In this document: positions 1-11,134 of the stretch, piece after piece
How positions within the stretch are numbered: position 1 is the stretch's first letter
Layout: each line of letters opens with the position of its first letter
Assembly (NCBI RefSeq): GCF_039654945.1
Contig: NW_027361743.1
Coordinates: 57,970,001-58,034,000 of the forward strand
Direction of reading: 5' to 3'
Length of the DNA: 64,000 nucleotides
Source of the DNA: Dendrobates tinctorius
Taxonomy: Eukaryota
The notes under the pieces: model-generated
What the model was told of the DNA's origin: nothing
The model's input: the letters and a program-made list of their open reading frames with translations, nothing else
Databases searched by the model: none
Program-made: the position numbers and the translations under genes

Positions 1-1544
1 ATTTCAGACTTTGCAGTGAATAGGGTGAAATCCCCCGTCAAAATTCACTAGTACCGTAAATGTAGATTTTTGTGCACATTTGCTTTGGATTTTTTCTGAC
101 ATACTGTAGGTGCATTAACACATGGAAAATTTGTTCCAGCATTTTTTCATAGAATTGCTGACATTTCTGCAGTGTCACCCATGGGCCTCATTCTGACCTG
201 TTTTTCACACACATTGTCTTTTCTTTGTTTTGTTTTTTTTTGTACTGATCACGTACCCGCCATAAGCTATGATGCTGTTCACATGTTTTGTTTTGTTTCC
301 CCCCCCCCCCCCCCCATACAAAAAAATTACAGATGTGTTTAAAATCTGAACTAGATTCAGAAACTGATCAAAATTTAACAGTGGTCTGTATATTGGATCT
401 TATAGGCCTTCTAAACATACTTTTTTGTGATTTTTAGTCTGGACATTTCTGCGTTTTTGTTAAGTGTTAGACAAGCCTATTGAAGAAAATGAGATTTGAA
501 AAAAATATAGAAAATGTAAAAATGCTAAAAAAAAAAAAAAACCTTTTTTTTTTTGTTTCCTTATCACCTCACAACCAATGTCTGGCCTAAAAAGACAGTG
601 CTGTAAAAACTGCCTTCTGTGAAGCCTCCCTCGAGAAGATCTGTTACTAGTTTTACCTTTCCTCTTTACTTCTATTAGTTGCTCTTATCCGGTTTCATAT
701 GGACTCTTTAGCCCGTAGTATGATAAGCAAGTAGCGTCTGCCCCCCAACAATTAAAGTGGTGGTCTTCATATTTTTTTTCCCCATATGCCCAGTTTGCGA
801 TAGCGGCATCATAGATTTCCAAAACAGAATCATCTGTTTGTGCTCGTTCAAACGGGTGTATTTCACTGTCCTCATACAGGCTACAATGCCTGGACTGATC
901 GCAAGTTTGACCCAAACGTGCAGCTCCATAGCCACAAGTAAGGCTGTGACCTGTGGTCAGTCCGGGGATTGCATTCTGTATATGGACAATGAAATGGGCC
1001 CATCTGATCCTGGCTTTGGGAGACTGACTCATTAACACATTACTTCATCAACCGGAAACTAGAGAAGTTGATCACCGCTCTAAAATTATACTCTGGTTAT
1101 GATAAAAGGACATATGAACGGGTTGTCACTAATGACAAAGCATTAAACAGATTATCACTTAAGCCACTTTCACACCTCTTTGTTTTGTGGTCTGTGAACA
1201 GACTGCGGCTGCGGGACTCCTGATCTGAAATCGCCAGCATTTATGAGGCTGTAGACTTTATGTCCGGAGACCTGTGAGCAATCCGTGCATCAGGATCCGT
1301 TTTGGGGCTGCACGACATATATGTGTGGCCTAAATGAAATTGTTACTGACTATATATTTAGCAGACTATATATTTAGACTATATATTTAGCAGTAAAGCG
1401 GTCCTTGCCTCCAAATGGGACATATGAGAATCTGTCACCAACAAGAACGCACATAGACGAATGCTGCGGGGACAAAATGAACTTTATTCTCCGGCGGCAT
1501 TAAGGTTCAGTCACCACTCTGAGAATACAGAGGGGCGGCTGTAA

Positions 1545-1891
1545 GGCTATGTGCCCACGGTGCGGATTCTTCCGCGGATTTTACTAAATCCACAGGTCAA
1601 ATGACGTGCATTTATTGTGCGGATTTACTGCTGTTTTTGTGCGGTTTCCACCTGCGGATCTGTAGAATGGAGTAGGTGGAAAACTGCAGCAAAACCGCAC
1701 AAAAGAAATGACATGCTGCTTCTTTTATTCCGCACGAAATCTGCGCGGAAAAATCCACAGCGTGTGCATAGCGGGTTTTTTTTTTACATAGCCAATAATG
1801 ATACTGTACAACACCTGCAGTTTTCCTGCGGATCCGCAGGGCCAAGTCCGCTGCGGATCCGCAGCAGAATCCGCACCGTGTGCACATAGCC
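1545..1891. mobile_element. PIF/Harbinger-type MITE (family A)
   Basis: TIRs GGCTATGTGCCCACGG / CCGTGTGCACATAGCC, flanked by TAA and TTA; internal TGCGG/CCGCA motifs. Confidence 0.7.
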
Positions 1892-2329
1892 TTAGTGCGC
1901 CCCCGGCCCTGACTGACAACCAGCCACATTGCAGAGCCAGGGACATGGATACAGCCGCCACTCTGTATACTGAGAGCAATGACTGAACCCGTGCTGGTGC
2001 CGCTCTCGTGACTGAAACCAAATGCTGTCAGAGGAATAAAGTTCATTTTCTCCCTACAGCGTTCTGCTACGTGCGGGCGCCAGCAGGTTGATAACTGTAT
2101 TAGATTAACCCCATATCTGCAGATTAATAGCTTTTTGCTGGTTCTCGAGTGAGACTAACATCCTCATTGGGAGAGGAGCTGTACTGATGTCATTGCTTTG
2201 ACAGATAAACATGCATGATGTCCTGAAAATCTCACATGTCTTGCTCTTAATGAATTGTAACTGCCAGCATAACAGCATCAAAGCCACACACCTACCTATT
2301 CGAACGAGAGTGGCTCCAAGCAACCCTAA

Positions 2330-2743
2330 GGCTATGTGCACACGCTGCGGATTCTGCAGCGGTTTTGGCTGCTGCGGACCCCGCTGCGGATTCCGCAGCG
2401 GTTTTGGCTGCTGCGGACCCCGCTGCGGATTCCGCAGCCGTTTTAGTTTTAGCTGCGGTGTACAGTACCATTCAAATGAATGGTAAAAAAAAAACGCTGT
2501 GTAGACGTTGCGGAAAAATCCGTGCGGATTTGCTGCGGTTTTGAAACCGCAGAAAGAATTGACATGTCAATTCTTTCTGCGGAATCCGCAGCGGGTTCCT
2601 GTCTCCACCATTGTGGAGATGGTGACTCCGCAGGACCAAACTGCAGGCAAAACCGCAGATAATCCGCAGGTGTTTTGACCTGCGGTTTATCTGCGGTTTT
2701 TGCAAAATCCGTGCGGTTTAATCCGCAGCGTCTGCACACACCC
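2330..2743. mobile_element. PIF/Harbinger-type MITE (family A)
   Basis: taa|GGCTATGTGCACACGCTGCGGA...TCCGCAGCGTCTGCACACACCC|taa; internal duplication of about 39 bp at 2343-2440. Confidence 0.75.
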
Positions 2744-2912
2744 TAAGGCTATGTGCACACGTATGCAGAAAATTTCTGCATGAAAACCAGACTCCTTCCC
2801 AGAAAACGCACGTTTTTGCGCAAAAAACACGCGTTTTTTATGCGTGTTTTTTCCGGAGCGGTCCTAGTCTCATAGAAAATAGCTATAAATGCGGAATTTT
2901 CCTCGAAATTAA

Positions 2913-5900
2913 CCCCTTCATGACCCAGCCTATTTTGACCTTAATGACCTGGCCATTTTTTGCAATTCTGACCAGTGTCCCTATATGAGGTAATAACTCA
3001 GGAACGCTTCAACGCATCCTAGTGATTCTGAGTGTGTTTTCCTGACATATTGGGCTTCATGTTAGTGGTAAATTTAGGTCAATAATTGCGTTTATTTGTG
3101 CAAAAATCAGAAATTTGGTAAAAATTTAGAAAATTTCGCAATTTTCAAATTTTTAATTTTTATTCTGTTAAACCAGAGAGTTATGTGACACAAAGTGGTT
3201 ACTAAATAACATTTCCCACATGTCGACTTTACATCAGCACAATTTTGGAAACAATTTTTTTGTAAGTTTAAGGGTTAAAAGTTGACCAGAGATTTTCTCA
3301 TTTTTACAACAAAATGTACAAAACCATTTTTTTAGGGACCACCTCACATTTGAAGTCACTTTGAGGGGTCTGTATGGCAGAAAATACCCAAAAGTGACAC
3401 CATTCTAAAAACTGCACCCATCAAGCTACTCAAAACTACATTCAAGAAGATTATTAACCCTTCAGGTGTTTCGCAGGAACTAAAGCAACGTGGAAAGAAA
3501 AAATGGACATTTTAATTTTTACAACAAAAATTTTCTTTTAGCATCAATTCTTTCATTTTTACATGGGCAACAGGATAAAATGGATCCTAAAATTTGTTGG
3601 GCAATTACTTCTGAGTACACTGATACCTCATATGTGGTCATAAACCACTGTTTGGGTGCATGGCAGGTCTCAGAAGGGAAGGAGCGCCATTTGACTTTTT
3701 GAATGGAAAATATGCTGGAATATTTAGCGGTTGCCATGTCGCGTTTGGAGAGCCCCTGTGTGCCTAAAGGTACTGTCACACTAAGCGATATCGTTAGCAA
3801 TATTGCTATAACTTGTGACGTTATAGCGATATCACTGTGTCTGATACCTACGACCCGCTGGTTATCGCTGATCGCTCGAGAACGTCCAGGACCGTTTGTC
3901 GTCGTCAGCTTCCTGCGGCACTTCCTGTGGAGAGACGAGCGTGGAGCCCGGGCGGGAGGACGCAGGATCGCCTAGTGTGACAGGTAAGTAGCGACCCCCG
4001 TCCCCAGCAATGTCGCTGGTGAGATCTGCCTGTGTGGCAGCTTACTAGCAACCACTTAGCGATGTACCAGCGATCCTGACCGCGTCATATCGCTGCTCAG
4101 GATCGCTGGTACATCACTAAGTGTGACAGTACCTTAAACTTTGGAGCTCCCCCACAAGTGACCCCATTTTGGAAACTAACCCCCCCCCCCCCCCCCCCCC
4201 CCAAGGAACTTATCTACATGCATAGTGATCACTTTGAACCCCCCAGGTGCTTCACAAATTGATCGGTAAAAAAAAAAGTAAAAAATTTTCTTTTAGCCTC
4301 AGTTTTTTCATTTTCACATGGGCAACAGGATAAAATGGATCCTAAAATTTGTTGGGCAATTTCTCCTGAGTACAGCGATACCTCATATGTGGTCATAAAC
4401 CACTGTTTGGGCGCATGGCAGGGTCCGTAAGTGAAGGAGCGCTATTTGACTTTTTGAATGGAAAATTAGCTCCAATCGTTATCGGACACCATGTCACGTT
4501 TGGAGAGCCCCTGTGTGCCTAAACATTAGAGCTCCCCCACAAGTGACACCATTTTGGAAACTAGACCCCTTATGGAAATTATCTAGATGTGTGGTGAGCA
4601 CTTTGAACCCCCAGGTGCTTCACAGAAGTTTATAACGCAGAGCAGTGAAAAGAAAAAATATTTTTTTTTTCCTCAAATGATTTTTTTAGCACGCTATTTT
4701 TCATTTTCACAAGGGTAACAGGAGAAATTGGACCACAAAAGTTGTTGTGCAATGTGTTCTGAGTACACCGATACCCCATATGTTGGGGGGAACCGCTGTT
4801 TGGGCACACGGCAGGGCTCAGAAGGGAAGGAGAACCATGTGACTTTTCGAAATGAAAATTACCTTTAATCGTTAGCGGACACCATGTCGTGTTTGGAGAG
4901 CCCCTGTGTGCCTAAACATTGGAGCTCCCCCGCAAATAACCCCATTTTCGAAACTAGACCCCCTTAGGAACTTATCTAGATGCATAGTGAGCACTTTGAA
5001 CCCCCAAGTACTTCTCAAAAGTTTATAACACAGTGCCGTGAAAATAAAAAAAAATTTTCCTCAAAAAATTATTTTTTAGTGCGCAATTTTTTATTTTCAC
5101 AAGGGTACCAGGAGAAACTGGACCCCAAAAGTTGTTGTCCAGTTTGTCCTGAGTACGCTGGTACCCCATATGTGGGGGGGGGACCACTGTTTGGGCTCAC
5201 GTCGTGGCTCGGAAGGGAAGTAGTGACATTATGAAATGCTGACTTTGATGGAATGGTCTGCGGGCGTCATGTTACATTTGCAGAGCCCCTGGTGTGCCTA
5301 AACTGTGGAACCCCCCCCACAAGTGACCCATTTTGGAACTTAGACCCCCCCAAGGAACTTAATCTAGATGTGTGGTGAGCACTTTGAACCCCCGTGTGGT
5401 GAGCACTTTGAACCCCCAAGTGCTTCACAGAAGTTTATAACGCAAAACTGTGAAAATAAAAAATCATCATTTTTTTCCTCAAAAAAATGATTATTTTAGC
5501 TTGCAAATTTTTATTTTCACAAGGGTAACAGGAGAAATTGGACCCCAGAAGTTGTTGTCCAGTTTGTCCCGAGTACGCTGGTACCCCATTTGTGGGGGGA
5601 ACCATTGTTTGGGTGCACGTAAGGGCTGAGAATGGAAGTAGTGACGTTTTGAAATGCAGACTTTGATGGAAAGGTCTGCGGTCGTCGTTATGTTTGCAGA
5701 GCCCCTGATGTGCCTAAACAGTAGAAACCCCCCACAAGTGACCCCATTTTGGAAACTAGACCTTCCAAGGAACTTATCTAGATGTCTGGTGAGCACTTTG
5801 AACCCCCAAGTGCTTCACAGACGTTTATAACGCAGAGACATGAAAATAAAACATTTTTTTTTTCCAAAAAAAAATAATTTTTTTAGACCCCAATTTTTTA

Positions 5901-6912
5901 TTTTCCCAAGGGTAACAGGAGAAATTAGACCACCAGAGTTGTTGTGCAATTTTTCCTGAGTACGCTGATATCCCATATGTTGGGGTAAACCACTGTTTGG
6001 GCACACGTCGGGGCTTGGAAAGGAGGGAGCACCGTTTGACTTTTTGAACGCAAAATTGGCTGTTATCAATGGTTGCACCATGTCGCGTTTGGAGACCCCC
6101 TGATGTGCCTAAAGAGTGGAAACCCCTCAATTCTAACTCCAACCCTAACCCCAACACAGCCCTGACCCCAACACATCCCTAATCCCAACCCCAACACACC
6201 CCTAACCCTAGTTCCAACCCTAATGGAAAAATAAAAATTGATTTATTTTATTAGTTGATCCTGCCTATGGGGGTGATAAACGGGGGGTTTATTTACTTTT
6301 CATTCTATTTTGATCACTGTGAGAGTTTATCACAGTGATCAAAATGAATGAAGGGAAATTGCAGCCGGCCGGCGCACTGCGCATGTGCCCGCCATTTTCC
6401 AAGATGGCAGCGCCCATGAAGCAGGACTGCGGGACACCGGGAGGCAGAGAGGGACATCGGAGGTACCGGGGGGGGTCGGAAGGGGGAGGGGAGCTGATGA
6501 TGACGGCGGTGGCACATTGCCGCCGTCAGTCGGTATCGGGGCCGATCGGCCCCGTGAGTCGATTGGGGGGGGGGGGGGGGGTCGGATCACGGTCTCCAGC
6601 CATGTCCGATGCTACTGCAGCATCGGACATGGCTGGATTGTAATATTTCATCAATTTTCATTGATGAAATATTACTATCGCTCTGATTGGCTGTTTCACT
6701 TTTAACAGCCAATCAGAGCGATCGTAGCCACATGGGGGTGAAGCCACGCCCCCTGTGGTGAAGAACAAAGCCCCCTGTATCTGCGGGTCGGGTGACCTTT
6801 CAGTGACCTAGGTCACCCGACCCGCAGGGGGGCTTTAAAGTCATGACGCGTCATGGGTCGTTTTGGCACGACTTTTCATGACGCCTATGTGGCGTCAAAG
6901 GTCGTGAAGGGG
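2913..6912. mobile_element. Non-autonomous piggyBac-like element, copy 1, with six internal ~390-bp tandem units
   Basis: TTAA TSD at 2909-2912 and 6913-6916; TIR CCCCTTCATGACC / GGTCGTGAAGGGG; no transposase ORF. Unit landmark GGG(T/C)AACAGGA recurs near 3565, 4320, 4713, 5103, 5523 and 5910. Confidence 0.8.
3768..4134. mobile_element. Harbinger-type MITE (family B) inserted in piggyBac-like copy 1
   Basis: taa|AGGTACTGTCACACT...AGTGTGACAGTACCT|taa; rich in ATCGCT/AGCGAT motifs. Confidence 0.8.
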
Positions 6913-7073
6913 TTAATGAGCATGCTGCGTTTTTTCCGCTGAAAAAACCCCCCATCAATATGCACAAAAAGTGCGGAATTCATTAAAATGAATGGGATGC
7001 TTCGTTTAAGCGTTTTTTTAAACGTTTTATTTGGTAAAACCGCGAAAAACTGTTACGTGAGCACATACCCTTA

Positions 7074-7855
7074 GGGTACTGTCACACTTAGCGATGCACC
7101 AGCGATCCCGACCAGCGATATGACGTGGTCAGGATCGCTGGTACATCGCTAAGTGGTCGCTAGTGAGCTGCCACACAGGCAGATCTCACTAGCGACATCG
7201 CTGGGGACGGGGGTCGCTACTTACCTGTCACACTAGGCGATCCTGCGTCCTCCGGCCCGGCTTCACGCGTCGTTCGTCGTCACCGCAGGAAGCTGACGAC
7301 GAGAAACGGTCCAGGACGTTCTCGCGCGATCAGCGATAACCAGCGGGGGAGCGGGTTGTAGGTAAGTATCAGACATAGCAATATCGCTAGCAATATCGCT
7401 ATAACGTCACAAGTTATAGCGATATTGCTAGCGATATCTCTTAAGGGCATGTCACACTAAGAGATATCGCTAGCAATATCGCTATAACTAGTGACGTTAT
7501 AGCGATATTGATAGCGATATCTCTGTGTCTGATACTTACCAGCGACCCGCTCCCCCGCTGGTTATCGCTGATCGCGCGAGAACGTTCAGGACCGCTTCTC
7601 GTAGTCAGCTTCCTGCGGCGCTTCCTGCTGTGAGGACGAGCGACGCGTGGAGTCGGGCGGGAGGACGCAGGATCGCCTGGTGTGCAGGTAAGTAGCGACC
7701 CCCGTCCCCAGCGATGTCGCTAGTGAGATCTGCCTGTGTGGCAGCTCACTAGCGACCACTTAGCGATGTACCAACGATCCTGACAGCGTCATATCGCTGG
7801 TCGGGATCGCTGGTACATCGCTAAGTGTGACAGTACCTTTAGTGTGACATGCCCT
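7074..7855. mobile_element. Harbinger-type MITE (family B) with a second, inverted copy (7444-7838) inserted in its own right TIR
   Basis: TTA duplications at 7071-73/7856-58 (outer) and 7441-43/7839-41 (inner); the leftover TIR GTGTGACATGCCCT is at 7842-7855. Confidence 0.8.
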
Positions 7856-8020
7856 TTAGACTTCTACTTCTAGAGATTGTAACCTTTGATTTCTGTCCCC
7901 TTTTTTTCTGTTAGCCCTAGAGGTCCTTGTGTGATGCATTTGGTGAGTTCTTTATCAGTATTTGTTGCCCAAACCAGGAGTGGGTGATGAATCCAGAAGT
8001 GGTGACGTGTTTCTGTTAGA

Positions 8021-8364
8021 AGAAAGTTCGTTTAGCACACCGGCATAAATGAAAAAAACTTTATTAGGCTAATATGCCATATTAAGATGCAAAAAAACAC
8101 CTGACACGTTTCCGGTGCACAAAGGCACCCTTAGTCATAGCCTTTGTGCACCGGAAACGCGTCAGGTGTTTTTTGCATTTTAATATGGCATATTAGTCTA
8201 ATAAAGTTTTTTTCATTTATGCAGGTGTGCTGAACGAACTTTCTTCTTCTTGTGGACATCTGCTGTGCTCACCAGCGTATTCATGCACCCACCTGTGGAT
8301 CAATGAACTCAGCCCAAAGTGGTTTTCATTTGGATGCGATGCAAGCTCCCAGTCCTCCCTCTCC
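8021..8364. mobile_element. Penelope-like retroelement terminal remnant with inverted duplication
   Basis: 13-bp TSD TGTTTCTGTTAGA (8008-8020 and 8365-8377); inverted arms of about 105 bp (8021-8126 and 8140-8247); GAAACGCGTC motif followed by AATAAA, as in Penelope pseudo-LTRs. Confidence 0.65.
8098..8141 (-). ncRNA. Putative minimal hammerhead-ribozyme motif with variant core AUGACUA
   Basis: Minus strand reads ct-AUGACUA-ag-GGUGC-cuuugu-GCACC-g-GAAAC-GUG-UC-agg; the + strand twin has the palindromic GAAACGCGUC. Confidence 0.45.
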
Positions 8365-8635
8365 TGTTTCTGTTAGACTTTTCCTCTGATTGTTCCTCTC
8401 TCCTGGTTTTGGCTTACAAATAGTTAAGCAAAATACTGACCAAAGACTCAACGTATGCACATTTACTGTAGCCAGTCGATGGCATTAAATGGCCTCTGAC
8501 CAGCTACAGGTTTGCTATTTGATTAATAGCCTGTTCACACAGGCAAGCCCGCACTCCTGATGCACACAGAACAATCAGTAATGGCTTGTTCTGTGAGCGT
8601 AGGCACCAATATTCTCTAGCTCAGGTCCTGTTTAC

Positions 8636-9231
8636 CAGGGCTGTGGAGTCGGTAAGCCAAACCTGCGACTCCGACTCCTCAATTTCCCTTACACCGACTC
8701 CGACTCCCACACATATTGCTTATATTTAAGTGAAAAATTTATTGTAGTACAATGTGAACCTCAGACATTTAATCATTTTTATGATCCAATAATCAAGATA
8801 TTTAGATAGAACAGAATATATATTGGTGTACTACCCGGTTTTCATTCTTTTTGGTACAGATACGATATGGATAAATGGATAGAGCAGACTTCTAATCTGC
8901 TTTTGCTATTGAAAACATTATCTATGAGCTCAAAAACCTTTCAGGTGATGCAGTTTTTTAAAAAGATGATCAGCTTTTGCAGCTGAAAAACGTATCCTCA
9001 AAAAACACAGGAAAAACGCTGTGTGTGAATGTAGCCTTAGATCAGGAATAGAACAGCCATTTATAGGACATTTCATAACTTTCCCAAACTCCTATGAAAA
9101 AATATTCAGCACATCCTGCATTGAACTACTGTACCCAATTTATTATATATTTTAGGAGTCGGTCCATTTTATACCGACTCCGACTCCACCAAAATGAGCT
9201 CCGACTCCACGACTCCGACTCCACAGCCCTG
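8636..9231 (-). mobile_element. hAT MITE, copy 1
   Basis: Perfect 8-bp TSD CTGTTTAC; TIR CAGGGCTGTGGAGTCGG; subterminal (GACTCC)n. Strand given relative to the hAT at 22157. Confidence 0.9.
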
Positions 9232-9349
9232 CTGTTTACACAGGCTGGTGCACTGCTGAAAACGCTGCTCTTCTGTGCACCACACAAAATCTTTTCAGCT
9301 GATGAACAGGCGATTTTCTCTTTTGTAGGATGATCGTCAGTCTGTTTTA

Positions 9350-9720
9350 AGCCCCCTTCACACATAGCGAGATCGCTAGCGCGTCACCGATTTTGTGACG
9401 CAATATTGCTAGCGATCTCGCTACATGTGACACTTAACTCCGACCCGGCCTCACGCTGGATATCGTTGATCGCGCGATATCGTCCTAGTCCATTTCTCGT
9501 CGTCTGCTTCCTGTTGGCACTGACGAGCGACTCCATGGACGCGGGAGGAAGTCGTCACCAGAGCTGCCGTCTGACAGGTAAGTAACGACCGCTGCTGCAT
9601 CGCTGGTGAGATCTTCCTGTTTGGCAGCTCACTAGCGACCATTTAGCGATGCATCAGCGATCCTGACCAGGTCGTATCGTTGTCGGGATTGGTGGTGCAT
9701 CGCTAAATGTAACGGTACCT
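9350..9720. mobile_element. Harbinger-type MITE (diverged family B)
   Basis: TTA TSD; the end ATCGCTAAATGTAACGGTACCT is similar to that of 3768-4134. Confidence 0.65.
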
Positions 9721-10386
9721 TTAGACTGCATGATTATTGGGACTATCCTAAGACCGCTTGTTCCTGAACATAATCATGCCAATTAAATGCACATTTAGTC
9801 CTGAATACAACTTTATAATACATCCGTCTAGTGAACTTCCACCACTCTATTCTGCTGACATGGGCACATTTCAGATTTACATAGGCAATTAACTAATGTC
9901 CTGGATTACAATGCTTTCCTTGAAGAGGAAAATCTAATTAGCCTAGTACTCTTAAGAGTTTCCATTTGCTAATGTGAACTGAGTCAATATGTTTCGTGAA
10001 GATTAATTTGGCACCAACCAATAAAAGATGATACACAAAGGTCAAGACAGAGTCAACATGACCGCATGCTGGCATCACATGTGAGTCACTGCCAGTATCA
10101 GGGAGCCCTGGCCTTATTTTTAGTATTAGAAATCAGTAGACCATACAGGGATCAATGTAAAAGCGTCTGAACTCTCAGTCAACCTGGAAAAGTCTGCCCA
10201 TTTTTAGCAAAGTAGCTGTGACAAGAAAACTGCAATTAAAAAGAAGGTATCGCCAATATTGTACATTCAGAATCTACACAAGTGTCCTACACAAATCAGT
10301 GACGTTACAGTACCCCCAAGACTGTTCATACGATGTGCAGCATGATATGTCTATTCACATTTTTCTTATGCTACACATTGGAGGTA

Positions 10387-11134
10387 CAGGTGCTTCTCAC
10401 TAAACTAGAATGTCATCAAAAAGTTAATTTATTTCAGTTCTTCAATACGTAAAGTGAAACTCGTATATTATATAGAGTCATTCCAAACAGAGTGATCTAT
10501 TTCAAGTGTTTATTTCTGTTAATGTTGACGATTATGGCTTACAGCCAATGAAAAACCAAAAGTCATTATCTCAGTAAATTAGAATACTTTATAACACCAG
10601 CTTGAAAAGTGATTTTAAAATCCAAAATGTTGGCCTACTGAAATGTACGTTCAGTAAATGCACTCAATACTTGGTTGGGACTCCTTTGGCATCAATTACT
10701 GCATGAATGCGGCGTGGCATGGAGGCGATCAGCCTGTGGCACTGCTGAGGGGTTATGGAAGCCCAGGTTGCTTTGATAGCAGCATTCAGCTCGTCTGCAT
10801 TGTGGGGTCAGGTGTCTCTCATCTTCCTCTTGACAATACTCCGTAGGTTCTCTATGGGGTTAAGATCAGGTGAGTTTGCTGGCCAATTAAGCACAGTGAT
10901 ACTGTTTGTAAACCAGGTATTTCCATCTCCAAAAATCTTGTCGGCAGAGGGAAGCATGAAGTGCTCTAAAATTTGCTGGTAGACGGCTGCGCTGACTTTG
11001 GTCTTGATAAAACACAGTGGAGCTACACCAGCAGATGACATAGCTCCCCAAACCATAAAATGAATTTCACATTTTGTATTGAACTGAAATAAGTTATCTT
11101 TTTTATGATTTTCTAGTTTTGTGAGAAGCTCCTG
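10387..11134 (-). mobile_element. Internally deleted Tc1-like transposon
   Basis: TA TSD; TIR CAGGTGCTTCTCAC / GTGAGAAGCTCCTG; transposase remnant 10808-11056 with MVWGAMS and [14 protein letters not shown]. Confidence 0.88.

Larger units (their letters stand above)
2747..7070. mobile_element. Harbinger-type MITE (family A) interrupted by a 4-kb piggyBac-like element
   Basis: TIRs GGCTATGTGCACACGTA / TACGTGAGCACATACCC. Removing 2913-6916 restores GAAATTAATGAGCATGCTGCGT, which is intact in the relative near 25135. Confidence 0.75.

Noticed and set aside
685-1038. Overlapping 117-aa and 92-aa ORFs as KPNA3 exon 1 or another gene
   Set aside because: No match to the KPNA3 N-terminus (KSFKNKG motif), no CpG-island context and no recognisable domain; exon 1 was not found in the window
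6314-6900. CpG-rich segments with several ORFs (also 18850-19380 and 35900-36330) as promoters or genes
   Set aside because: All lie inside transposon bodies (piggyBac-like ends, DIRS leader); GC richness explains the ORFs
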